From: a virus | Taxonomy: Duplodnaviria; Caudoviricetes | DNA: 34,097 nucleotides | Strand: one strand, 5' to 3' | Virus record (IMG/VR): IMGVR_UViG_3300016643_000099 | Location: 1 to 34,097 of that record | Shown: one piece after another, positions 7,296 to 16,998 of the stretch | How the letters are laid out: the number at the start of each line of letters is the position of its first letter | Numbering within the stretch: the first letter of the stretch is position 1 | Program-made: the position numbers and the translations under genes | The notes under the pieces: model-generated | Told to the model about the DNA's origin: nothing | Database searches by the model: none | The model's input: only the letters and a program-made list of their open reading frames with translations

Positions 7296-7312
7296 ACCTC
7301 TAAATTTTAACG

Positions 7313-9499
7313 ATGATAAAAGTATCCGTATTTGCCAACAACAAAGCCGTAACGCCTTCGCAGACAAGCGACCTCAACACCTTGCTGATGAACATCAAGG
7401 ATGGAAGGTGGCAAGACCAAGTGCTGGCCTATCGAACAGGCAAAGGCACAAAAGACAACTTACCTGCATTCACCACAAGTGGCGAGTTTAAGCAACGCAA
7501 AAAAGAACACCTGATTGAACATAGTGGCTACATCGCAATCGACATTGATGCCAATGACAATCCGAACATCAAAGAAGGCATCGCCAAGCTACGCGAAGAC
7601 CCTGCACTGTACGCGATGTTCGTAAGCGTTGGCGGTCAAGGCTACTGCGCTATATTTCCCATCGACCCGAACCGACACCTTGACGCTTACCTTGCGCTTG
7701 AAAAGCGACTTGCTGATAGGTACGAACTAATTTGCGACAAAGCGTGCAAGGACGTGGCACGCCTGCGGTTCGTCAGCTATGACCCTGACCTGTACCAAGC
7801 CGCGAAAAAGATACCACGATTTAAGGACTACCTGCCGAAGCCATCAGCACCAATGCGGGCGCAGTATGTAGGTAACGAAAGCGATAGCAACTATATGCTT
7901 TCGCAAATCATCAGCCGAGGCATAAACCTATGCGAAGGGTATCACGACTGGTATCGCGTTGGCTGTGCCATCATCAACAAGTACAAAGATTCACCCGAAG
8001 GCAGGGCAATGTTTCACTCGCTGTCATCAGTCAGCGCAAAGTACGACAGCCGCAAATGCGACAGCAAATACGATGAACTGCTGAAATCAACACGCGGAGA
8101 AATCACCTTCGCAACCCTTGTCTATATGGCCAAGTGCGCAGGTGTTGAGGTCCAAACGCCTGAAACAAAGCGCATCGAAAAGCAAGCACTGGTCAACCGC
8201 TCACGCGTTGGTGTCGCTGGTGGATTCAAGTCAACCGATGATGCGCGAAATGAAACAATCGCATACCTAACCGAAGTCGAAGGACTGGAAGACGTGGAAG
8301 ACCGCGTCACCCAAGCCTTTGCACTGCAAGAAAAAGACGTAGAAAAGCCATCAGCAGATGAGATGCTGGACGCGCTCAAAACCTTTATCGCAGGTTTCAA
8401 CATCAAGATGAACGATGTGACCAGAAACTACGAGAAGGCAGGCGAGCCATTGACCGACCGTGAATTGAACACCATCTACCTGCAAGCCGTTCACGCCTAC
8501 GGCTCAAAGGTCAAAAAGCAACTGGTGTTCGACATCATTGATTCTGAAAATACAGCGCGCTATAATCCATTCGTGGACTTCTTTGCGGCAAATGCATCAA
8601 AGCGACCGAAGGGCCTTATCGATGAGTTAATTACCTGCATTGATAGCAACAACCACGATATTTTTTACATCGCAAACTTTTTACGAAAGTGGCTTTTGAG
8701 CATTATCGGGTCAATGCACTACGACTATTCAGTCATTTGTTTGGTGCTGACAGGCGCGCAAGGCATCGGCAAAACAAACTTTTTTCGACAACTACTGCCT
8801 GATGAACTGCAAGGCTACTACGGTGAAACAAAACTTGACGCGGGTAAGGATGATGAGATTCTGATGTGCAAAAAAATAATCCTATGCGATGATGAGTTTG
8901 GTGGAAAGTCAAAGCAGGAGGCGAAAAAGTTGAAGGAGTTGTCAAGTCGTAAAACGTTTACGATTCGCAAGCCTTATGGAAAAGTACACGAGGAACTGCG
9001 GAGGTTGGCCGTGCTGTGCGGCACAAGTAACGAATCCGAAATCATCAATGACCCAACAGGAAACCGCCGCATCATTCCAATTGATGTGATTAAAATCGAC
9101 TGGGAGAAGTACGAAGCGATTGACAAAACCGAACTATTGGTTGAACTATACAACGAGTGGAGAGCAAACCCACAAGGCTGGTATTTGAGTGGTCAAGATA
9201 TTGCAGTGCTGAACCAAAACACAATGGGGAACGAACAGCCAAGTTTAGAGCGCGAGTTAATTGTCAAGTACTTTGAGCCGCCAAGTCAGTCGTGTACAAA
9301 CTGGATGACCACCAGTGCAATCAAAGTTTACATTGATATGAACTCACGCCAATCAATGAGCCTGCACAAACTTGGACTGCAACTTCGAGCGTTGGGATAT
9401 AACCAAAAAAGCCGCAGGGATGGCAATTGCGCAGTTCCTGTGAGGAAATGGCAAATCAATGTGGGTGAACTTCCAGCACAACATTCGCCTCTTTTGTAG
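7313..9499 (+). CDS. Primase-helicase (BT4734/VirE N-term + PriCT-2 + VapE/VirE P-loop)
   Basis: LPAFTTSG..IAIDID..FVSVGGQG..DVARLRFVSYDP, YHDWYRVG, Walker A GAQGIGKT, CDDE and DPTGNRR. Confidence 0.9.
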   Translation: MIKVSVFANNKAVTPSQTSDLNTLLMNIKDGRWQDQVLAYRTGKGTKDNLPAFTTSGEFKQRKKEHLIEHSGYIAIDIDANDNPNIKEGIAKLREDPALYAMFVSVGGQGYCAIFPIDPNRHLDAYLALEKRLADRYELICDKACKDVARLRFVSYDPDLYQAAKKIPRFKDYLPKPSAPMRAQYVGNESDSNYMLSQIISRGINLCEGYHDWYRVGCAIINKYKDSPEGRAMFHSLSSVSAKYDSRKCDSKYDELLKSTRGEITFATLVYMAKCAGVEVQTPETKRIEKQALVNRSRVGVAGGFKSTDDARNETIAYLTEVEGLEDVEDRVTQAFALQEKDVEKPSADEMLDALKTFIAGFNIKMNDVTRNYEKAGEPLTDRELNTIYLQAVHAYGSKVKKQLVFDIIDSENTARYNPFVDFFAANASKRPKGLIDELITCIDSNNHDIFYIANFLRKWLLSIIGSMHYDYSVICLVLTGAQGIGKTNFFRQLLPDELQGYYGETKLDAGKDDEILMCKKIILCDDEFGGKSKQEAKKLKELSSRKTFTIRKPYGKVHEELRRLAVLCGTSNESEIINDPTGNRRIIPIDVIKIDWEKYEAIDKTELLVELYNEWRANPQGWYLSGQDIAVLNQNTMGNEQPSLERELIVKYFEPPSQSCTNWMTTSAIKVYIDMNSRQSMSLHKLGLQLRALGYNQKSRRDGNCAVPVRKWQINVGELPAQHSPLL

Positions 9500-9720
9500 T
9501 CGATGTAGTCGGTGTAGTCACTGGAAAAACAACTTTGAAACTCTATAACGTGTATAATATTCAATATTCGTATACATATAATATATACTCTTTTTATTAA
9601 AAAGAAGTGACTACACTGACTACAAACCGAAAAAACGCCCTTGCAGGTATCGCCAAGGCACTTTTTTTGTAGTCACTTTGATTGCAAAAAACTGACTACA
9701 AACTGACTACAATGACTACA
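9495..9720. repeat. Iteron-like origin of replication
   Basis: TGTAGTC at 9495, 9504, 9513 and 9668. Its complement GACTACA at 9609, 9618, 9694, 9705 and 9714. AT-rich core at ~9540-9605. Confidence 0.78.
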
Positions 9721-11148
9721 CTTAGACCATACCAACAACACGCCATTGAACTGCTACGCGAAGCGATGCGGAAAGGAAATAGGCGCATCATCCTGTGCGC
9801 ACCAACTGGCGCGGGCAAGACCGTTATGTTTTCATCGATGGTTCAGGCCGCACTGACCAAAGGAAAGAAGGTGCTGATTATCACCGACCGCATCGAACTG
9901 CTGACGCAAACGGATGGCGCACTTACACGCTTCGCGATTTTGCCCTCTTACATCAAACAAGGGACACGCAAACTGCCTGAGGCTACCTCGTATATAGCAA
10001 TGGTAGAATCTCTCAACCACAGGCTTAAAAACGATGAATACGCGAATTGGCTAAAAAGCATCGACCTTGTCATCATTGACGAGGCGCACAAGGCGAGTTT
10101 TGACAAATTATTTAAATTCATCCAGCCAACTACAACGGTCATCGGCGCGACTGCTACGCCGCATCGCGAGGGCAATCAGAAAGCACTCAAAGAATTTTAC
10201 ACTGCCATTGTCGAGCCTGTAACTATCCGCGAGTTGGTGGATGCTGGGTACCTCGCAATCCCGACAACGTATAGCGTTCCTGTGGACCTGTCAGGCGTGC
10301 GGATGTACAATGGCGATTATGATGCGAATCAGATGGGGCAAGCGTTCAGCAAGCAGAAGGTCTTTCGCGGCGTTATCACAAACTACAACAAATACACGGC
10401 AGGGAAGAAAGCACTGGCATTCGCGCCATCCATTGCAAGCAGTCGCGAACTGTGCGAAGAGTTGCAAGGCGCAGGACTACCCGCGCGACATTTGGATAGC
10501 ACGATGAAAGGCGATGAGCGTTCGGAAGTGCTGGCGTGGTTTAAGAATAGCACAAAGGGAATCTTGTGCAACTGCGGCATTCTCACCACTGGCTTCGATG
10601 ACCCAAACGTGGAAGTCGTTATCCTGTACAGAGCAACGAAGTCGCTACCGCTATACTTGCAGATGTGCGGCAGGGGTAGCAGGGTAACGCCAACGAAGAC
10701 CGAGTTTACCATCCTTGACTTCGGCAACAACCGACAGCAACACGGCGGCTGGGAGATAGAAAGGCCGTGGTCTTTGGAGAAGAAGGAGAAGAAACGCAAA
10801 GGGGTCGCACCTGTAAAGACGTGCCGCAAGTGCGGATATATGATGGCATCGTCAACGGTTATTTGCCCATCGTGCGGATTTGTCGCACCTGTCAAAGAAT
10901 CGCAGATGGGCGAAGAAGTAATCCTGCAACGCGACAACTACACGCCGTACCAATGGCGACAGCTGGCAAAAGAATCGTCACTTGCAGAAATAGCGGCGAT
11001 GATTCGTGCAAAGAAAATTAAGCTATTTTTCGTGCTTCACAACATAGTCAAGCGCGAATCGGATGTCAGGGAATTGCTACGACACTGCGGCTATTCAAAA
11101 TACTACTGTGATAAACTTCAAGAACTACACGGATTCAAATGGGATTAG
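9712..11148 (+). CDS. SF2 DEAH-box helicase with C-terminal Zn ribbon
   Basis: LRPYQ, APTGAGKT, DEAH, ATATP, QMCGRGSR and CRKC..CPSC. Confidence 0.93.
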   Translation: MTTLRPYQQHAIELLREAMRKGNRRIILCAPTGAGKTVMFSSMVQAALTKGKKVLIITDRIELLTQTDGALTRFAILPSYIKQGTRKLPEATSYIAMVESLNHRLKNDEYANWLKSIDLVIIDEAHKASFDKLFKFIQPTTTVIGATATPHREGNQKALKEFYTAIVEPVTIRELVDAGYLAIPTTYSVPVDLSGVRMYNGDYDANQMGQAFSKQKVFRGVITNYNKYTAGKKALAFAPSIASSRELCEELQGAGLPARHLDSTMKGDERSEVLAWFKNSTKGILCNCGILTTGFDDPNVEVVILYRATKSLPLYLQMCGRGSRVTPTKTEFTILDFGNNRQQHGGWEIERPWSLEKKEKKRKGVAPVKTCRKCGYMMASSTVICPSCGFVAPVKESQMGEEVILQRDNYTPYQWRQLAKESSLAEIAAMIRAKKIKLFFVLHNIVKRESDVRELLRHCGYSKYYCDKLQELHGFKWD

Positions 11149-11465
11149 AAGAATTTAAACTACAAGCGCAGTGCTTTCGCTACCACTGGAATGAAAGGCC
11201 GCAGGAACGTGGCCGCTTATTCACGGTCAACAACAACAGTGGCGGCAAGTTTGAAGGCGCGATAATGAAAGCGATGGGCGTGGTTGCAGGAGTTGCGGAT
11301 ATGATGTACCTGTCGGATGCTGGACTTATCGCACTGGAATTTAAAACACCAACAGGCAGGCAGTCACCTGCTCAAAAGGAATGGCAGGCTGTCATTGAAG
11401 CGGCAGGCTATCGATACTACATCATCCGAAGTTTTGAGCAATTTAAAGAAACCCTAAACATATGA
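11139..11465 (+). CDS. VRR-NUC nuclease
   Basis: GVVAGVADM..LEFKTPTGRQSPAQKEW. Confidence 0.88.
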   Translation: MGLEEFKLQAQCFRYHWNERPQERGRLFTVNNNSGGKFEGAIMKAMGVVAGVADMMYLSDAGLIALEFKTPTGRQSPAQKEWQAVIEAAGYRYYIIRSFEQFKETLNI

Positions 11466-11560
11466 AAACACCAACCTTTATCACTGAAATTGCCAATCGC
11501 ATCATCCGAACCACAAAGGAATTTTGCGACCTGATGAACATTCAACTGAGCGGAGTATGA
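11462..11560 (+). CDS. Small hypothetical protein (32 aa)
   Basis: MKTPTFITEIANRIIRTTKEFCDLMNIQLSGV, ATGA-coupled at both ends. Confidence 0.45.
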   Translation: MKTPTFITEIANRIIRTTKEFCDLMNIQLSGV

Positions 11561-11901
11561 CCCAAGACTATATTTTCATCCAACTGACCAACCGCATCGA
11601 GCGGGCAACGGGCGTAACTATCGACCAGATTCGCAGCCGCAGCAAGAAGGCGCACATCGTTGCGGCGCGGCACGCGCTGTGCTGGTACCTACGTATGTAC
11701 CACGGCAATATGTTCACGCTTGAGTACATCGGCAAGTTAATCAACCGCCACCATACAAGCGTGAGCGTCGCGGTGCAAGTTGCGAGCTGGGCAATCGCCA
11801 ACAAAGAGCAGCGGATAAAATTCATATTGAATTTAGATTCGCTTGTGTATATTTGCCCACAATGTGGAAGCAAGCACCATCATACACCAGCTGTACAATG
11901 A
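11557..11901 (+). CDS. DnaA C-terminal-like HTH protein
   Basis: IRSRSKKAHIVAARH..LEYIGKLINRHHTSV matches the DnaA domain IV pattern. C-terminal CPQC. Confidence 0.75.
   Translation: MTQDYIFIQLTNRIERATGVTIDQIRSRSKKAHIVAARHALCWYLRMYHGNMFTLEYIGKLINRHHTSVSVAVQVASWAIANKEQRIKFILNLDSLVYICPQCGSKHHHTPAVQ
11848..11855 (+). promoter_or_regulatory. Bacteroidota -7 promoter box for the sigma-factor gene
   Basis: TATATTTG 8 nt before GTG 11864, with ATTG 18 nt upstream. Confidence 0.6.
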
Positions 11902-12424
11902 CGGAGTATTCCGACAGGTGGCAAGGCAAATCGCAACAAGCGAGTATGCCGCTGACCTTGAACACGAATTGGTGTTGTACTGCTACGACAGACCCGAGCG
12001 TGTTGAACAGCTACACGCAGCTGGTGCCCTCACCTTCTACATCGTGCGCGCCGCTATCAACCTATTCCGCGGCAAGACGTCACCATTCCAGCGGAAGTAT
12101 CGACACAACGAAGAACGCGTGCCTTTGGAAGATGTTGAGCAGGTGGATGAGCGTTATAGCACAGTACCTGACCACCTGTATCGCAAGGCCGAGGCAGAGA
12201 TGGACAAATGGGCGGCGGCAGGGAAGTATCCATACGACAAAAACTTATTCCTGCTATGGCTCGAATTGGGAAACAAGAAGCTCATCAATCGCAACACAGG
12301 CATTCCATACCGTTCAATCTGCTACACGATTGACCTATGCAGGCAACGACTAAAACAAGCGTTACAAGATGATTACAACGATTTTATTGGCTGCTTTGAC
12401 AGCCTTGGCGATGGAGAGGTATAA
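11864..12424 (+). CDS. Phage ECF/sigma70-like factor
   Basis: Region-2-like AADLEHELVLY..FYIVRAAINLFR and region-4 HTH-like KLINRNTGIPYRSICYTIDLCRQRLK. Confidence 0.7.
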   Translation: MEASTIIHQLYNDGVFRQVARQIATSEYAADLEHELVLYCYDRPERVEQLHAAGALTFYIVRAAINLFRGKTSPFQRKYRHNEERVPLEDVEQVDERYSTVPDHLYRKAEAEMDKWAAAGKYPYDKNLFLLWLELGNKKLINRNTGIPYRSICYTIDLCRQRLKQALQDDYNDFIGCFDSLGDGEV

Positions 12425-12602
12425 CGTCCTGCCAACGTGGTACTACCGAATTAGCCGCTTCAAACCTTTATCCTGCCAATCCTGCCTTGCGTTTTGGGTT
12501 GGATTTGGTTTGTCACTTATTGGCCACCCGCTATACTACGCGCCATTCATTGGCTTGGCATCTGCGGCATTGGCCATCATCATCATAAAGCTAACCGAAT
12601 GA
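12369..12602 (+). CDS. Small membrane protein with CxxC..FW motif
   Basis: Hydrophobic segments around KPLSCQSCLAFW. Confidence 0.7.
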   Translation: MITTILLAALTALAMERYNVLPTWYYRISRFKPLSCQSCLAFWVGFGLSLIGHPLYYAPFIGLASAALAIIIIKLTE

Positions 12603-12889
12603 ACGCAATCCTAATCCACGAGGTGCTGGCCATCAAGCCGAAGCTGGAAGCATACCACGCAAGCAAGTCGCTACGACTGACCCCTGCGGAAGTGAATACC
12701 CTGCAAGCGGCGGCGGTGAGCCTTGGCATCCCGCGCACCGACTGGTGGTGCGCAACCTGCGCCATTGGCCGCCTGTCGGAATTAATAGCCCACGCCGAGC
12801 ATTGTGTAAAAGAAGGGGAAGTGGTATTTAATGTAAACGGAAGCGATGCCCCTACCGAAGACAAGCCAAAGCGAAAAGAGCTACACTGA
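12599..12889 (+). CDS. Hypothetical protein with CxxC
   Basis: ATG 12599 (ATGA overlap) and WWCATCA. Confidence 0.65.
   Translation: MNAILIHEVLAIKPKLEAYHASKSLRLTPAEVNTLQAAAVSLGIPRTDWWCATCAIGRLSELIAHAEHCVKEGEVVFNVNGSDAPTEDKPKRKELH
12802..12830 (+). promoter_or_regulatory. Putative phage late promoter
   Basis: TTGTG-N14-GTGGTATTTA upstream of the terminase operon. Confidence 0.7.
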
Positions 12890-13064
12890 AGCAGTTCAGA
12901 AGCACAACCTGCTGATGAGCAAGTGGGAGCATCAGGGTGCGCTGCTCAGCGATATGGCCAACATATTGGACTCGCTGAACGACTGCGATGCACCCAACGC
13001 ACTTCACGCGAAGGTGGCTATCTGCGAGAAGATAATCGATATAATGAATTCGATGGAGGTATGA
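12846..13064 (+). CDS. Hypothetical protein (72 aa)
   Basis: From the ORF track; coupled to TerS. Confidence 0.65.
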   Translation: MPLPKTSQSEKSYTEAVQKHNLLMSKWEHQGALLSDMANILDSLNDCDAPNALHAKVAICEKIIDIMNSMEV

Positions 13065-13480
13065 AGAAGGTAGGAAGGCCACCCGCGTTTGAAAGTCCCG
13101 AGCAGTTGTGGGATTTGTTCTGCACCTATAAAGCGTGGACGAAAGCAAATCCGTACAGGGTGCAGGATTACGTGGGCAAGGATGGTGCAATGGTGTATCG
13201 AGACAAAGAGCGACCGCTGACGTTTAGGGGGTTTGAAGGCTACCTTGCAGAAGAAGGGTGGTGCTATGATTTGTCTTCCTATCAAAGAGAAGAAGGCGAG
13301 CATCACAAGGCATTTCTCCCCATCCTAACCCGCATACGCGCGACCTGTGACCGCGATATGGTTGAGGGCAGTGGTGCGAATGTGTACAACAGTGCCATCG
13401 CAGTGCGGGTGCTTGGCTTGGCTGACAAGCAAGAGCAGAAGGTACACATCGAACAGCCGCTATTTAATGACGACCTATGA
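13061..13480 (+). CDS. terS: Terminase small subunit (P22 gp3-like)
   Basis: GRPPAFESPEQLW..RPLTF.GF..YNSAIA.R.LGL.DK, upstream of TerL. Confidence 0.8.
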   Translation: MKKVGRPPAFESPEQLWDLFCTYKAWTKANPYRVQDYVGKDGAMVYRDKERPLTFRGFEGYLAEEGWCYDLSSYQREEGEHHKAFLPILTRIRATCDRDMVEGSGANVYNSAIAVRVLGLADKQEQKVHIEQPLFNDDL

Positions 13481-13764
13481 CCCTACCTGAACTACAACAC
13501 CTGCTGAACTTGATGGATGCGGATAACAAACGGACGCGGGAGGCTTACAAACTTGGCATCGACCTGACCGAATTTAGAGAGAGCGCACAAGAAGTTATAG
13601 ACCTGCTATTGAAGCACGTCTTCAATGAAGACCAGTACGAGTGCATTACTTGGTGGATGTACGAGAAGGACTTTGGGAGGCGTGAGGACTTACAGATGTG
13701 GGACAAGGATGGCAATGAAGTATGCCGCACGGTAGAGGAACTGCACCAATTTTTGTTCGCGTGA
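13477..13764 (+). CDS. Hypothetical protein
   Basis: ITWWMYEKDFG..TVEELHQFL; coupled ORF. Confidence 0.72.
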   Translation: MTLPELQHLLNLMDADNKRTREAYKLGIDLTEFRESAQEVIDLLLKHVFNEDQYECITWWMYEKDFGRREDLQMWDKDGNEVCRTVEELHQFLFA

Positions 13765-13949
13765 GTGACCGCGTTGTTGAATCAGTTATTGACCAATTTA
13801 GGACAAGAGCGGAACAGGGCAAGGAGAAGTACGGCACAACGATGGAACGCGATGACCTGACGCTGATGCAGTGGTTGCAGCATTTGCAGGAAGAGTTGAT
13901 GGATGCGGCAGTATATGTTGAGAAATTGAAGCAGACAGGTGGACTTTAA
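13761..13949 (+). CDS. Small all-alpha NTP pyrophosphohydrolase (MazG-like) protein
   Basis: G.EKYGTTM.R.DL...WLQHLQEELMDAAVY. Confidence 0.6.
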   Translation: MSDRVVESVIDQFRTRAEQGKEKYGTTMERDDLTLMQWLQHLQEELMDAAVYVEKLKQTGGL

Positions 13950-15114
13950 GTACACAACAGCAATCAGCCGAATACGGCGGATGACTGCCCGCAAGAAGGT
14001 CATACAAGGCGGCACCAGCGCAGGCAAGACCATCGCCATCCTCGCCATACTAATTGACATAGCCGCCAAGGCCAAGACCGAAATCAGCGTTGTATCCGAA
14101 TCCGTGCCGCACCTGCGGCGGGGTGCGATTAAGGACTTCGCCAAGGTGATGCAGTGGACAGGACGCTGGGCACCCGAGCGGTGGAACAAGACCCTGCTGA
14201 CCTACAACTTCGCCAACGGAAGCACGATTGAATTCTTCAGCGCCGACAGCGAGGGAAGGCTACGCGGTGCAAGGCGGCAGGTGCTGTACATCAACGAGGC
14301 CAACAACATCGACTTTGAATCGTACTACCAACTGGCAATCCGCACAAGCGGGACAATCTACATCGACTACAACCCAACGCACGAGTTCTGGGCGCATACC
14401 GAGGTGTTACGCGAGGATGACGCGCAACTGATTATATTGACCTATCTCGATAACGAAGCACTACCCGACACGATACGCAAGGACATCGAAATGGCACGGG
14501 TGAAGGCGGAGACATCCAGCTATTGGGCGAACAGGTGGAAGGTGTACGGATTGGGACAAGTCGGCAGTGTGCAGGGCGTTATATTCAGCGACTGGACGCA
14601 GGTGGATGAGATTAACTACACGACATCGAAGTTGGTCGCGATTGGCTTGGACTGGGGGTACACGTTAGACCCGACAGCACTGGTGGCGGTGTACAGGTCA
14701 GGCGATACGCTAACCCTTCACGAATTGCTGTATGCTAATAACCTGACAAACCAAGACATCGCGACCAAGTTGCGGGAGTTCGGCATCAATCGGGCGTGGG
14801 AGATTGTCGCGGATTCAGCAGAGCCAAAAAGCATCGAGGAGGTGCATCGCCTTGGTTTTAACATCAAGCCAGCGCAGAAGGGTCAGGACAGCATCCGCAA
14901 TTCCATCGACATCCTGCAACGCTTCACGCTTCAAGTGACCAAGACCAGCACCAATCTAATCAAGGAGTTGCGGAACTACACGTGGGACACTGACCGCACG
15001 GGTGCCTCGTTGGGAGTGCCGATTGACAAATACAACCACGCCATTGACGCGGTGCGTTACGTGGCATTGAACAAATTATCGCAGAGTGCAGGCGGGAAAT
15101 ATATAATTATGTAG
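13939..15114 (+). CDS. terL: Terminase large subunit (PBSX-like)
   Basis: QGGTSAGKT, YINEAN, DYNP, GLDWG..DP, ADSAEP and NHAIDAVRY. Confidence 0.95.
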   Translation: MDFKYTTAISRIRRMTARKKVIQGGTSAGKTIAILAILIDIAAKAKTEISVVSESVPHLRRGAIKDFAKVMQWTGRWAPERWNKTLLTYNFANGSTIEFFSADSEGRLRGARRQVLYINEANNIDFESYYQLAIRTSGTIYIDYNPTHEFWAHTEVLREDDAQLIILTYLDNEALPDTIRKDIEMARVKAETSSYWANRWKVYGLGQVGSVQGVIFSDWTQVDEINYTTSKLVAIGLDWGYTLDPTALVAVYRSGDTLTLHELLYANNLTNQDIATKLREFGINRAWEIVADSAEPKSIEEVHRLGFNIKPAQKGQDSIRNSIDILQRFTLQVTKTSTNLIKELRNYTWDTDRTGASLGVPIDKYNHAIDAVRYVALNKLSQSAGGKYIIM

Positions 15115-15123
15115 ATTTGCATT

Positions 15124-15585
15124 ATGATACACCCAACTGCAATCATCGATGAGAATGTCACGCTTGGCAAGAACTGCCGCGTCTGGGCATTCGCGCACAT
15201 CCGCACAGGCGCAACGATTGGCGACAACTGCACCATTGGCGAGGGCGCGCACATCGACTACAACGTCACCATTGGCGACAACTGCAAAATTCAAAACCAC
15301 GCGCTGATATATCACGGCGTAACCATTGAGAATGATGTGTTTATCGGCCCGAATGTAGTGACCACCAATGACCACATGCCAAGCGTACACGGCGATTGGA
15401 TGAAGAATGGCAGGTTCAGGAAGACAATACTTCGCAAAGGTTGCAACATTGGCGCAAATGCAACGATTGTCTGCGGCATTGAAGTAGGCGAAGGCGCAAC
15501 CATTGGCGCGGGTTCAGTGGTGACGCAATCAATACCTGCCAAGGCGTTGGCATATGGAAATCCAGCTAAAATTAAGAACCAATGA
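15124..15585 (+). CDS. Hexapeptide-repeat (LbH) sugar N-acetyltransferase, WbpD/WxcM-like
   Basis: IHPTAII, IGDNCTIG repeats, FIGPNVVTTND, IGAGSVVT and GNPAK. Confidence 0.9.
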   Translation: MIHPTAIIDENVTLGKNCRVWAFAHIRTGATIGDNCTIGEGAHIDYNVTIGDNCKIQNHALIYHGVTIENDVFIGPNVVTTNDHMPSVHGDWMKNGRFRKTILRKGCNIGANATIVCGIEVGEGATIGAGSVVTQSIPAKALAYGNPAKIKNQ

Positions 15586-16448
15586 AAATACTAATCGGTT
15601 GCCTTTTCTTTCGTCAGTACACAGGCTCGGAATTGTACTGCCTTTATTTAGCCAAGGAGCTAAAACGCCGAGGCTTTGACGTAACGGTGGCAGGTATGTA
15701 CATCCACCTGCCAATCACCAGCGAGGCGACATTCTATGGCATCAAAGTCGTGGAACTATCGCAGTTGACAGGCGATGAGCAGTTTGACGTTATCCACTGC
15801 CAGCACAAGCCAGTGACGGAACACCTGTGCCAGCTATACCCGACAACACCGAAGGTTATGACCATTCACAGCATCGTGTACGATTTGGAGCGACCTGTCA
15901 AGCACGACAGCATCAAGCACTACGTTGCCATTGCCAATCACGAGCGCGACTTCATCATTAGCAACTACGGCATCCCTGCTGGCAAGGTCAGCACCATATA
16001 CAATCCTGTTGATTCATCTAAATTCAACAAGGAGAACACGACCGAGGATAACTTTGTGCTGTTGGCAGGTACGGTTGACTATATGCGCAAGCAGATGATT
16101 TATGATGCAGCGCAGTGGGCAAGGGACAACGGCAAGCGTTTTGTGCTGATTGGCTACGACCACGGCGACTATTTATCCGACCTGAGAAAGTCTCGCGACA
16201 TCATCTATTATCAGCCAATCCCGAACATCGAGATGATGGTCAAATCGTGCCACATCGCCTGCGGGTTGTTCATTGGCAGGACGACTATTGAGGCGTGGAT
16301 GTGCGGAAAATCGGTGTTGAGTTATAAGTTTAACGCATCGGGTGGGATTGTGAGCAGAGAGGTGTTGGCACCACCAAGCGACATCGACCTATACAGCAGT
16401 GACCGCGTTGCTGAATCATTGATAAACATATACAATGAAATTGCTTAA
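15582..16448 (+). CDS. GT-B (GT4-like) glycosyltransferase
   Basis: MKILI..GSE....LAKEL..RGFDVTV, DVIHCQH, IYNPVD and GRTTIEAWMCGK. Confidence 0.8.
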   Translation: MKILIGCLFFRQYTGSELYCLYLAKELKRRGFDVTVAGMYIHLPITSEATFYGIKVVELSQLTGDEQFDVIHCQHKPVTEHLCQLYPTTPKVMTIHSIVYDLERPVKHDSIKHYVAIANHERDFIISNYGIPAGKVSTIYNPVDSSKFNKENTTEDNFVLLAGTVDYMRKQMIYDAAQWARDNGKRFVLIGYDHGDYLSDLRKSRDIIYYQPIPNIEMMVKSCHIACGLFIGRTTIEAWMCGKSVLSYKFNASGGIVSREVLAPPSDIDLYSSDRVAESLINIYNEIA

Positions 16449-16998
16449 CCGCCTAACCGTTGCCCAGTTCCAAGAGCTGACCGCCATTGACCCTGATATG
16501 GGCGCAATCCGCAAGAAGTTGCGAATGGTCTGCATCGTCAACGGCATTGACCCGAAGGAGGTGGAGCAGTGGCAGATGGAACAGCTGAACGCGGAAGCGG
16601 CGAAGATTGACGATGAGTGCGGTGCGCTTTCGATGCTACCTGCCAAGCGGGTGGTTCGGATTGGCGGTAAGCGCTACAGGATGGAATGGTTCATCGACCA
16701 GATGACAGCGGGGCAGATGATGGAATTGCTAAACTACCAGCTGACCAGCGACGGGGAGGTCATTGCGAATCTGCACCTGTTGCTCGCCAGCCTGACGCGG
16801 GAGGTGACGTGGTGGGGCAAGACGTTGGCCTATGATGGCGGCAAACACGCGGAGCGGGCGGAGGCGATGAAGCAGGCGAAGATGGCTGACGTCTGGGGCT
16901 TTGCCTGTTTTTTTTTGCGTCATTCCGAACCTTTGTTGAAGATTATGCAGACCTATTTCGTGGAGGGGAACAAGACGAAGACAGTGGACAAGGCGTAG
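16435..16998 (+). CDS. Tail assembly chaperone (gpG-like)
   Basis: Slippery T9 run near the 3' end with an open -1 frame beyond the stop. Confidence 0.65.
   Translation: MKLLNRLTVAQFQELTAIDPDMGAIRKKLRMVCIVNGIDPKEVEQWQMEQLNAEAAKIDDECGALSMLPAKRVVRIGGKRYRMEWFIDQMTAGQMMELLNYQLTSDGEVIANLHLLLASLTREVTWWGKTLAYDGGKHAERAEAMKQAKMADVWGFACFFLRHSEPLLKIMQTYFVEGNKTKTVDKA

Noticed and set aside
9178-9187. CTGGTATTTG (and similar at ~22749) as further late promoters
   Set aside because: They are mid-gene and lack the TTG element 19 nt upstream.
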